The position numbers were made by a program, and so were the translations under genes. From assembly GCA_013215175.1 (NCBI GenBank), contig JABSRH010000001.1, positions 1,138 to 65,137 of the forward strand: DNA of 64,000 nucleotides. Reading direction: 5' to 3'. Every line of letters begins with the position of its first letter. The first letter of the stretch is position 1. Origin of the DNA: Parvularculaceae bacterium (GTDB lineage: Bacteria; Pseudomonadota; Alphaproteobacteria; Caulobacterales; Parvularculaceae). Under the pieces are notes generated by a model. That model worked only from the letters and a program-made list of their open reading frames with translations. It was not told where the DNA came from and ran no database searches. Of this stretch, positions 17,814-26,494 are shown piece by piece.

Positions 17814-19964
17814 ATGCTCAACAAAACGCTTCAGTGCAGTGTTGCGGTGTCCGTTTTAGCCTTCGCAACAGCCACGCCGGTCATGGCCCAGGACGAGGAT
17901 GACGACATCGTCGTGGTGACCGCCCAGCGGGTCGCGCAAGATATTCAAGAAGTTCCAGCGGCGGTGACCAACCTCGACGCGGCTCAGCTTGAGGATGCCC
18001 AAGTCCAAGATTTGACGGACCTTCAGTACCAGATCCCCAACATCTCCATCGCGGCTGGCACCGGTACGGCCAACTCCGCGCGTATCTTCCTGCGCGGCGT
18101 GGGTGAAGACGAAAGCCGTGGCGCCGTTGATCCTGCCGTGGGTATTTACGTCGATGGCATTTACATTGGCCGTCAGGTTGGCTCGCTGTTCGATCTCGTC
18201 GACCTGGAGCGGATCGAGGTCCTGCGCGGCCCTCAAGGCACGCTCTATGGTCGGAACACCAATGGCGGTGCGATTAAGCTGGTTTCTGTCCGCCCTCAAA
18301 TGGAAGATAGCGCGGATTTCCGCACCATTGTGGGCAATGAAGGCCGCCTGGATCTTCGCGCCACGGCGAACATAGCGCTGGGCGACAACACCGCATTCCG
18401 CGTCACGGGTTTCTCGCGCCAGCGTGATGGCTTCTGGGACTTCAACCCGGACGGTGACGTCTTCGAAGACAATGGCGGCGAGTTCGGTGAGCTAAAGACC
18501 AAAGCGATCCGCGCCAGCTTCTTGCACAACTTCACCGACGATTGGCGCGTGTTGCTGAGCTATGACCGCACTGAGGATCAAAGCGATCCGATCCCTGACA
18601 GTGCTGCTCCGCCAAACGATGCAGACAATGACATCTTCACGATTGAGCCGCTGCCAGGCACCACATGTGCACCGGGTCCGGTGACATTCCGTCTACTTGG
18701 TTGCTTTGGCGACTATGACAACAATACAGAGTCAGAGGGCTACTCGGGCACCATCGAAGGCAAGCTGGGGAACATCAACTTCCTTTCGCTCACCGGCTAT
18801 CGCGAGATGAACGACGATCTCGTCACGCGAATCGGCTTCCCCTACTTTCAGCAGACGGATCAAAACCAGTTCAGCCAAGAGTTCACGCTGTCCTCGGACT
18901 ATGATGGCCCGTTCAATTGGGTCGGTGGCTTCTACTACTTCGAAGAGAGCGTCCTGCTCGAGACAACCTTCGTCTTCCCATTCTCCGTCGATGTCGACAC
19001 CACGTCGTATGCTGTGTTCGGCCAGGGCTTCCTAGACGTTGGCGAGGCGGGTACGCTGACCTTCGGTGGTCGCTATACGGATGAGGAGAAGGAGCTGGAT
19101 GCCGCGAACTTGGCTTTCAACCTTACCCGGATGGAAGACCAGACCTTCGACAACTTCAGCTACACCGTGAAGTACGATCATCAATTCAACGATGATCTGA
19201 TGGTCTACGGTTCCTACTCAACGGGCTTCAAGTCCGGCGGCTGGTCGCCCGACTGCTTCGGCGCCACGGCTTGTTTCCAGCCAGTGGAAGAAGAAACGCT
19301 GGACTCGGTTGAGGTCGGCATGCGTTCCGATTGGCTCGACGGAAACCTCCGCTTCAACGCTACGTACTTCAACAACCAATACGAAGGTTTGCAGATCGGT
19401 GCCACCGTTCCAGGCCTCGGCTTCACCCGCTTCAACGTGGACGAGACGTCGATCCAGGGCTTTGAATTCGAGTGGACGTTGGACGTGACCGAGCAAATCT
19501 CGATCTTCGGCAACCTCGGTATTCTCGATGCGGAGTATGAGTCTGTCACCGAAAGCCAAGCTGGCGGCCTGACCAACTCTGGTGCGGCATGCCCCGGCGG
19601 AACGGTCACCGTCGATTGCGCCCTTGGCCTTGAGCTCAAGAACGCTCCGGAATACAAGGGCCTCGTCGGTGCTTCCTACACCGTGCCTGTGGCCGGAGGC
19701 CTCTTGTCACTCCGCGGCGATCTCCAGTTCGAAGATGAAAGCTGGAGCCTGGTGGCGAACGGTCCTGACCATGCACTGACGGACCCTGGTTTGCTCGTGA
19801 ATGCGCGGGCGCGATATGAGCCGCTTGATGGCAATTGGTTCTTTGCAGTCTGGAGCCAAAACCTCACCAACGAAGAGTATTGGCGTGCGGCGTCGGCCAA
19901 CAGCTTCACCGCTTATGCATCCCCCCCGATCACCTACGGTATTGAGCTCGGCGTCGAGTTCTAA
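17814..19964 (+). CDS. TonB-dependent receptor
   Basis: Signal peptide, TonB box IVVVTAQR, plug ERIEVLRGPQGTLYGRN, GFKSGG and C-terminal Phe. Confidence 0.95.
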   Translation: MLNKTLQCSVAVSVLAFATATPVMAQDEDDDIVVVTAQRVAQDIQEVPAAVTNLDAAQLEDAQVQDLTDLQYQIPNISIAAGTGTANSARIFLRGVGEDESRGAVDPAVGIYVDGIYIGRQVGSLFDLVDLERIEVLRGPQGTLYGRNTNGGAIKLVSVRPQMEDSADFRTIVGNEGRLDLRATANIALGDNTAFRVTGFSRQRDGFWDFNPDGDVFEDNGGEFGELKTKAIRASFLHNFTDDWRVLLSYDRTEDQSDPIPDSAAPPNDADNDIFTIEPLPGTTCAPGPVTFRLLGCFGDYDNNTESEGYSGTIEGKLGNINFLSLTGYREMNDDLVTRIGFPYFQQTDQNQFSQEFTLSSDYDGPFNWVGGFYYFEESVLLETTFVFPFSVDVDTTSYAVFGQGFLDVGEAGTLTFGGRYTDEEKELDAANLAFNLTRMEDQTFDNFSYTVKYDHQFNDDLMVYGSYSTGFKSGGWSPDCFGATACFQPVEEETLDSVEVGMRSDWLDGNLRFNATYFNNQYEGLQIGATVPGLGFTRFNVDETSIQGFEFEWTLDVTEQISIFGNLGILDAEYESVTESQAGGLTNSGAACPGGTVTVDCALGLELKNAPEYKGLVGASYTVPVAGGLLSLRGDLQFEDESWSLVANGPDHALTDPGLLVNARARYEPLDGNWFFAVWSQNLTNEEYWRAASANSFTAYASPPITYGIELGVEF

Positions 19965-19993
19965 TTCGTACGGTGATCAATATCCCTGCCCCC

Positions 19994-21046
19994 ATGAAGA
20001 GGCGCGCCCTAGCGGCGTGCCTCTTTGTGTCTGCCGCCTGTTCATCCCCGACGATAGAAGCCAGTGAGCCAACGAAGCCTGACCCAGTCACCACCGAGCC
20101 ATGGGTCATGGCCACGGCCAGCGTCACAGACCTCGACCGGTCAGCACAGTTCTTCCGAGAGATCGGAGGCTACGAAACGGTGTTCCAAGGCCCATTGGAC
20201 GCAGACGAGATCGCTTCGCTAAATCTGCCTGTCGGGGCATCCGCAGAAGTCCTGGTACTGAAGGCTCCAGGCTCTGAACACGGTTTTGTCCGCCTCATCC
20301 GTTTCGACAACGCTGGTCGCAAAGAGCCCACTCGTCCAGGCGCCAGAGCCTGGGATACGGGCTGTATCTGGTCACTGATGGTCCGGGTCAAAGGCATGCC
20401 CAGTGTCTACGACGACGCCATCGCCATGGGCTGGTGGACCGAGACGCCGATCACCTACCTCGAATTCGGCCCGTCCAAGCTAAACGTTGTAGTCTTTCGC
20501 GGCCCTGACGGTTTGCAGGTGCAAGGGTACGAGCGTTTGACCACGCCGCTTCCCGAAGGCTTCACGCCGTTCGAGCGCATCAGCCAGCCCTTCAACATCA
20601 TGCAGATGACCCGCGACCGCGAGGCCGCTCGTGTCTTGATGGAGGATGTTCTCGGCTTCGATCGGTTCTGGTTTGGGAAGCCTTATACGGATGAAAAGCC
20701 GACGGTTATGCCGCTCGGCATCCCTCGTAATCTCACCACCAGCGTTCCGTACAAGGCGGGTATCTTCTATCCCATCGAAGGTGAGTATGGCCGCATGGAG
20801 TACATCGAAATCGATGGCCTCGACGGTGCTGACCATGCTGAGAAGTGCCGCGCGCCAAACTTGGGCTGGTTGTCCGTCACCTATCCCGTGCAGGATGTGG
20901 AGACCACGGCCTCAACCATTCGCGAACGCGGCGGTCCCGATCCAACCGACATTATCAAGGTGCGGCGGGCACCGTTTGGGACAGTCGAAGTCACCACGAT
21001 CAAAGCTCCAGACGGCGCAACGATAGAGTTTCAATCCGCGCCCTAA
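19994..21046 (+). CDS. Tandem VOC (glyoxalase/bleomycin-resistance fold) lipoprotein
   Basis: Lipobox-like VSAAC, VTDLDRSAQFF, FRGPDG and KAPDGATIEF. Start is GTG 19973 or ATG 19994. Confidence 0.78.
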   Translation: MKRRALAACLFVSAACSSPTIEASEPTKPDPVTTEPWVMATASVTDLDRSAQFFREIGGYETVFQGPLDADEIASLNLPVGASAEVLVLKAPGSEHGFVRLIRFDNAGRKEPTRPGARAWDTGCIWSLMVRVKGMPSVYDDAIAMGWWTETPITYLEFGPSKLNVVVFRGPDGLQVQGYERLTTPLPEGFTPFERISQPFNIMQMTRDREAARVLMEDVLGFDRFWFGKPYTDEKPTVMPLGIPRNLTTSVPYKAGIFYPIEGEYGRMEYIEIDGLDGADHAEKCRAPNLGWLSVTYPVQDVETTASTIRERGGPDPTDIIKVRRAPFGTVEVTTIKAPDGATIEFQSAP

Positions 21047-21202
21047 GGCCCGTCACGTCGCTCGTGAGCATATTTGTCGACAAATTGATGCACCGCGGTT
21101 AAGCGGCAGCGCCTCGTGCGTTGCTCGCTTGGTGATGGGTCGTGCTCTGCATTGATACGTCTGCAAGACGAATGGCGGCGCGCCATCTATTGGAGTTCGA
21201 CC

Positions 21203-22372
21203 ATGTCCACCGACGCCCGCCCGAGCGGTCTCCCTACCGCCTTCGATACACTGGTGTCGTGGTTCACTGAAGAGGCGCTTCCGTTCTGGCATGAGCGAGC
21301 CTTTGACCGCGAGTGGTTGGGCTTCGCCGAGCATGTCTCCCACGACAATCAGACGATGTACGATGCTCCGCGCCGTATCCGGGTGCTAGCACGCCAAGTC
21401 TATGTTTATGCGCGGGCAACGACACTGGGCCTCTATGGTGAGAGTGCGGTCGCAGCTCATGACGCCTTCAAGGCCTTGTCGAGCTACGTGACCGGTTCCG
21501 GTGAGGCTCGCAGCGTCCCTCACGTGCTGGCTAAGCAGCCCGAGAATGCCAGCGACAAACGTGATGCTTATGATCATGCGTTTGTTATCCTTGCGTGTGC
21601 GGAGTACATCCGTGCATTCGGTGCCGATGAGGCACTGGCGCTAGCGAAGCAAGTTGATGCCTTCATGCAAGGGCTTGCCCATGAGGCTGGTGGGTATGCG
21701 GAGGACGACCTACGTTCGTATCCGCGCCGGCAAAATCCCCATATGCACCTGTTCGAGGCCTATACCGCTTTGCATAGCGCCACAGGCAACGCGACGTACA
21801 GATCTAGGGTCGAGGCCATTCAAGCGCTCTTCGACCAGTACTTCCTAGACCGGGACGAAAGCGTCGTGCGTGAATTCTTCGATGAGACGTTCCGCCTTGA
21901 TCCAGAAAAGGGCGCTATTGTTGAGCCTGGCCACGCCATGGAGTGGATCTGGCTTCTCGATGCAGCAGGGTACGCTGAGCACGAAACCGACCGCGATGTC
22001 CTGCGCCAACTCTTTGCGAAAGCAGAAGAAACAGGTCTAACTAATGACCGACCTTTGTTGCGGGACATGTTTTTCTTGGGCGCCGACCAGCCGCCAGCCA
22101 CTTTCCGGACTTGGCCGCAGACGGAATATGCTCGAGCCTGCTTGGTTCGCGCACGTTGGGGCGATGCGGGCATGATCGAGAAGGCTGAGGGCGTCGTGCA
22201 AGAATTGTTGTCGCTCTACTGTCATCAAGAAATCCGAGGAGCGTACTTTGATCAATTATCCGAGAACGGAACGGTCATTTCTAAGGTGATGCCGACCAGC
22301 ACCATGTACCACTGGATGACCCTTGTGGACGAGATCTGCCGGTTCAAAGCGCTTCCGAAGGTTGATGGCTAG
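21203..22372 (+). CDS. AGE family epimerase/isomerase (mannose-6-phosphate isomerase type III-like)
   Basis: Motifs ARQVYVY, YDHAF, QNPHMHLFEA, EPGHAMEW and WPQTE. RBS GGAG precedes ATG 21203. Confidence 0.9.
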   Translation: MSTDARPSGLPTAFDTLVSWFTEEALPFWHERAFDREWLGFAEHVSHDNQTMYDAPRRIRVLARQVYVYARATTLGLYGESAVAAHDAFKALSSYVTGSGEARSVPHVLAKQPENASDKRDAYDHAFVILACAEYIRAFGADEALALAKQVDAFMQGLAHEAGGYAEDDLRSYPRRQNPHMHLFEAYTALHSATGNATYRSRVEAIQALFDQYFLDRDESVVREFFDETFRLDPEKGAIVEPGHAMEWIWLLDAAGYAEHETDRDVLRQLFAKAEETGLTNDRPLLRDMFFLGADQPPATFRTWPQTEYARACLVRARWGDAGMIEKAEGVVQELLSLYCHQEIRGAYFDQLSENGTVISKVMPTSTMYHWMTLVDEICRFKALPKVDG

Positions 22373-22383
22373 TTCAACAGTTC

Positions 22384-22422
22384 GTGTCAGCGGTTTGTCA
22401 GGAACCGTCACGGAACTATCAT
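22384..22422 (+). promoter_or_regulatory. Tandem Pho boxes (PhoB sites)
   Basis: GTGTCAG-N4-TTGTCAG (22384-22401) and CCGTCAC-N4-CTATCAT (22405-22422), compared with the consensus CTGTCAT-N4-CTGTCAT. Confidence 0.6.
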
Positions 22423-22537
22423 GCATTGATCGCGCACGTCGTCTGTGCAGCGTCGATAACTCGCTGTTAGAAAAGGTTAATCGCCAGTTTTGCGCTGAAC
22501 ACGTTGCATTGCGCAAATGATAAGTGTTGTCGCGCAA

Positions 22538-22555
22538 TGCTCATCTGACTGTCAC
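22538..22555 (+). promoter_or_regulatory. Proximal Pho box
   Basis: TGCTCAT-CTGA-CTGTCAC, about 55 bp upstream of the TBDR start. Confidence 0.6.
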
Positions 22556-22610
22556 AGAAGCGTTGTGTACCCCTGATAGCCGCCGCCCGGTCAATTATCG
22601 GGGGTTCTGC

Positions 22611-25394
22611 GTGAATCGTTCTCTATCGCTGCTGGCGGCAGCTTCCACTTTCGCCCTTTCCACTGCTTTCGCTGGCGAGATCACGGGTACCGTGACCGAT
22701 GCTGCAGGCGACATCCCACTTCGCGGCGCTGAGATCTTCGTGGCCAGCACAGGGCAGCGTGTGACCACCGAGCGTGACGGTTCCTTCCGTGTCACAGGTC
22801 TCGATGCTGGCCGCTACGACCTGATCGTCAGCTACGCCGGTGCTCAGTCGCAGACAGTTTCTGTGGAGCTGTCGTCTGACAGTGATATTGAGCGCGCGGA
22901 AATCCGTCTTGGCGATGCCGACGTCCTGTTCGTGCGAGGTCAGCGGGGCCAGCTGAACAGCGCGATTGCTCAGCAACGCGCCGCTGATGGCATTGTTACT
23001 GTTCTTTCTGCTGATGATATTGGCCAACTTCCTGATGAAAACGTAGCTGAGGCCGCTCGCCGTGCCCTGGGTGTTTCGATTGCCAATGACCAAGGTGAAG
23101 GTCGTTTCATCTCGATCCGCGGCATTAATTCTCAGCTGAATGCGACAAACGTCAACGGCGTCCGCCTGACTTCGCCAGAAGCTGGCGACCGCCGCATTGG
23201 CATGGATGTCATCGACGCTGACATTCTGAAAAACATCATTATCAACAAAACCTTGTCGGCTGATATGGATGGCGATGCCATCGGTGGTTCGATCAGCCTC
23301 GAGACGGTTTCTGGCCTCGATCGCGAAGACCGGCTGGTGAAGCTAAAGATCGGTGGTATCTACACGGACTTTACAGATGATACATCACCGAAACTGTCCG
23401 GTACTTACATCGATAACTTCATGGACGGTAGCCTGGGTGTTGCGCTTTCTGCTTCGTATCAGAGCCGCGAGTTCGCTTCTGACAACCGAGAAGTTGACGG
23501 CGAATGGGTCACCGACGATGTGCTGCCGTATCCAGAGGAAGAACTCGAATACCGCAACTACGATATTGAGCGTGAGCGTCTCTCACTGTCCGCCAATATC
23601 GACTACATGCTCACGGACCAAACGCGCATCTATCTCAACTCGCTCTACAACAGCTTCTCAGATCAAGAGTTCCGCAGTCGTCTTGAGCTGAAGATCGAAG
23701 ACGTTGATGTGGACTTCCCGGTTGCTGATGTGGTGCGCTTCTCCAATGGTGGTGACGAAGACATCGAATTTGATCGCGACATCAAGGACCGCCTTGAAGA
23801 GCAACAGATCTACTCCTTCGTGACAGGCTTCGAACACAACGCCGATGTTTGGACGTTCGATGGTTCGATTGCCTTCACCCACGCTGAAGAGGAAGAACCA
23901 GATCGTCTCGATGCTGACTTTGATTATGACTTCCAGAACACGGTGAACATCAACGTTGCTAACCCTATGGCGCCGCGCCTCGGCTTTTCGCCAGCAGCGC
24001 AAGCTGAGTTCCTGGATGCAGCGAACTGGGGCTATGATGGCATCGAGGCCACCGATGGTTTGACCGAAGACAACGAGCTCGCTCTCACCTTCAATGCACA
24101 GAAGGACATGACGTTCGGCCAGTACCCCGGCTTCCTCAAGTCTGGCGTCAAAGCACGCCTCCGCGAGAAGAGTTACGACCTGGACTTCCGTGCCTTCGAG
24201 CCTACGGACGATCTCACGCTCGCTCAGTTCGAGACCAGTGTTGATTTCCCCATCGCGCTTTTTGGTCCGACTCCTGATCCTTCTTTGATCCGCGAGTTCT
24301 TCAATGCCAACCCAAACGGCTTCGAAGAAGATCTGATCGCCGGCGTCGAGGAGTCGGGCATTTCTAGCTTCGACGCTTCTGAAGATATCGTGGCTGGCTA
24401 TGTCATGGGCCAGGTCGACATCAACAGGCTGCGTATCACCGCAGGTGTTCGCGTCGAACACACCTCAGTGGAGGCCACCGGCAATGTGTTCTCTGAGGCT
24501 GTGGCTGATGATCTCGACGACGCTGGCGCGACAGACTTCTCATCTGCACTCACACCTGTCTCGTTCAGTGATGAGTACACCGACGTTTTGCCAAGCATTC
24601 AGGCACGCTTCGATTTGACGGACAACGCGGTCATCCGTGCGTCGTACTACGCGTCGATCGTTCGTCCGAACTTTGGCCAATTCGTGCCAGCGGGTGGTCT
24701 CAACGATGACCAAGAGCTTGAAGCCGGTAACCCGGACCTCAAGCGTACAAAAGCGCATAACTTCGATTTGCTGGCTGAGTACTATCCATCCAAATCGTCG
24801 GTGATCCAAGGCGGTATCTTCTATAAAGACCTAACCGACTTCATCTCCGGCTTCGAAACCAGTCAGCCAGGCAATCTGCGTGGCGTCGATTTCGAAGAGC
24901 TGGCGAGCTTCACCAACCTCGACGAAGGCTCAATCTTCGGTATCGAGCTTGGCTATCAACAGGCGCTCGACTTCCTGCCCTACGGCTTGGACGGTCTCCT
25001 CGTGGGTCTGAACTATACCTACACGGACAGTGAGGCCACGTTGGCCGATGGCTCGACGATCCAGCTTCCAGGTCAATCAGAGAATATCTTCAACGCCATT
25101 ATCGGCTACGAGAAAGGGCCTCTTAACCTACGCTTGGCCTATTCGTACAAAGACGATAACATCGACGATGTCTCTGTTGATGGTATTAGTGACGGCCGCG
25201 TTGTGCTGGAACAAGAGTTCCTGGACTTTTCAGCAAAGTATGCGTTCACAGAAAATGTGCGGGCTTACTTTGACGCGACGAACATTCTCGACACGCCGCT
25301 TGAGGTTAGCAACCGCGTCGACGGTCGCGACTTTCTCAACCAGTTCGAGGAATATGGCATCCGCTATCAGTTCGGTGTGTTGTTCCGCTTCTAA
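22611..25394 (+). CDS. TonB-dependent receptor with N-terminal carboxypeptidase-regulatory-like domain (phytase-associated)
   Basis: IGQLPDENVAEA, DQGEGRFISIRG, GNPDL and C-terminal Phe. The likely start is GTG 22611. Confidence 0.93.
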   Translation: MNRSLSLLAAASTFALSTAFAGEITGTVTDAAGDIPLRGAEIFVASTGQRVTTERDGSFRVTGLDAGRYDLIVSYAGAQSQTVSVELSSDSDIERAEIRLGDADVLFVRGQRGQLNSAIAQQRAADGIVTVLSADDIGQLPDENVAEAARRALGVSIANDQGEGRFISIRGINSQLNATNVNGVRLTSPEAGDRRIGMDVIDADILKNIIINKTLSADMDGDAIGGSISLETVSGLDREDRLVKLKIGGIYTDFTDDTSPKLSGTYIDNFMDGSLGVALSASYQSREFASDNREVDGEWVTDDVLPYPEEELEYRNYDIERERLSLSANIDYMLTDQTRIYLNSLYNSFSDQEFRSRLELKIEDVDVDFPVADVVRFSNGGDEDIEFDRDIKDRLEEQQIYSFVTGFEHNADVWTFDGSIAFTHAEEEEPDRLDADFDYDFQNTVNINVANPMAPRLGFSPAAQAEFLDAANWGYDGIEATDGLTEDNELALTFNAQKDMTFGQYPGFLKSGVKARLREKSYDLDFRAFEPTDDLTLAQFETSVDFPIALFGPTPDPSLIREFFNANPNGFEEDLIAGVEESGISSFDASEDIVAGYVMGQVDINRLRITAGVRVEHTSVEATGNVFSEAVADDLDDAGATDFSSALTPVSFSDEYTDVLPSIQARFDLTDNAVIRASYYASIVRPNFGQFVPAGGLNDDQELEAGNPDLKRTKAHNFDLLAEYYPSKSSVIQGGIFYKDLTDFISGFETSQPGNLRGVDFEELASFTNLDEGSIFGIELGYQQALDFLPYGLDGLLVGLNYTYTDSEATLADGSTIQLPGQSENIFNAIIGYEKGPLNLRLAYSYKDDNIDDVSVDGISDGRVVLEQEFLDFSAKYAFTENVRAYFDATNILDTPLEVSNRVDGRDFLNQFEEYGIRYQFGVLFRF

Positions 25395-25418
25395 GCTGGC
25401 ACAGTGCAACGCTTGATG

Positions 25419-25444
25419 GGGCGGCTTCACGGCCGCCCTTTTTT
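25419..25444 (+). terminator. Intrinsic terminator-like hairpin between the TBDR and the phytase
   Basis: GGGCGGC-TTCACG-GCCGCCC-TTTTTT. Confidence 0.75.
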
Positions 25445-25458
25445 ACACGAGAGATTCC

Positions 25459-26478
25459 ATGCGTACTTTGATGATATCGACCCTAGTCCTAGTCGGGTGC
25501 GAGTTGGCCGATGAACGGCCGGTGACCGACCCCACAGTCCCTGCGCTGTCCGCGAAGGTCGAGACCGATCCCGTAGCCTCCGCCGATGATGCTGCTGACG
25601 ATCCTGCCATCTACATTGACGTTAGTGATCCAGCGCGGTCACTCATTCTGGGTACCGACAAACGAGTGGGGCTAAACATTTACGACCTAGATGGTCAGCA
25701 GTTGGACTTCATCCCATCGGGTCGTCTGAACAATGTCGACCTGCGCCCTGTGGGGACAGGCGCCATGGCCGCAGCGACCAACCGTTCCGACAATTCGGTC
25801 ACCTTGTTCGTCATTGAGGGCGGTATGGTGCGGGAATCCGGGCGATTTCCAACGATCCGAGAGGAGCCTTATGGCTTCTGTATGGCGCGTGCGGAGGACG
25901 GGTTCGTGGCTAGCGTGACCCACAAGACCGGCGAAGTTGATCTGTATACCTTCACGGCTAGTGATGGGTCAGATGCCACGCACACCCAGGCGCTCAAACT
26001 CGGCGAGCAGCTGGAAGGATGCGTGTTCGACGAGGCGAACGGCCACTTTTTCGTGGGACGAGAAGCTACTGGCATCGATCGATACACGCTTGATGGCGTT
26101 ACGCTGGAGCCAACGGCCTTCGAAGTTGATCGCATGGGCGGGGAGAGCGGGATCGCTGCTGACGTCGAGGGGCTCACGCTGTGGCTGGGGACTGATCCGA
26201 CCAGTGGGTATCTCATCGCATCGAGCCAAGGCAACAACACCTATGCCGTTTACGATCGCCGTGGCGAAACGTTCATCACACGGTTCAGTGTCGGAAAGGG
26301 CGATACGGTTGATGGTACCGAAGAGACTGACGGCATCGACGTTACGTCCGCTCCGTTACCTGGGTTTCCAGCTGGTGTGCTGATTATCCAAGACGGCTTC
26401 AACGATCCGGAAGGCCACCAGAACTTCAAGCTTGTAGACTGGCGCGATGTGGAACCTCTCATCACGAACGCACCCTAG
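25459..26478 (+). CDS. Beta-propeller phytase (3-phytase), lipoprotein
   Basis: LVGC lipobox, DAADDPAI, GRLNNVD, PYGFC, EGC, DVEGL, SSQG, ETDG, QDG and QNFK motifs. Confidence 0.93.
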   Translation: MRTLMISTLVLVGCELADERPVTDPTVPALSAKVETDPVASADDAADDPAIYIDVSDPARSLILGTDKRVGLNIYDLDGQQLDFIPSGRLNNVDLRPVGTGAMAAATNRSDNSVTLFVIEGGMVRESGRFPTIREEPYGFCMARAEDGFVASVTHKTGEVDLYTFTASDGSDATHTQALKLGEQLEGCVFDEANGHFFVGREATGIDRYTLDGVTLEPTAFEVDRMGGESGIAADVEGLTLWLGTDPTSGYLIASSQGNNTYAVYDRRGETFITRFSVGKGDTVDGTEETDGIDVTSAPLPGFPAGVLIIQDGFNDPEGHQNFKLVDWRDVEPLITNAP

Positions 26479-26494
26479 GCTCAGGCAGCTCCGC

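Noticed and set aside
1-21046. Island as a mobile element or a biosynthetic cluster
   Set aside because: There is no integrase, transposase, tRNA or att repeat, and no NRPS/PKS, carrier protein or exporter. An importer plus GntR repressors point to catabolism.
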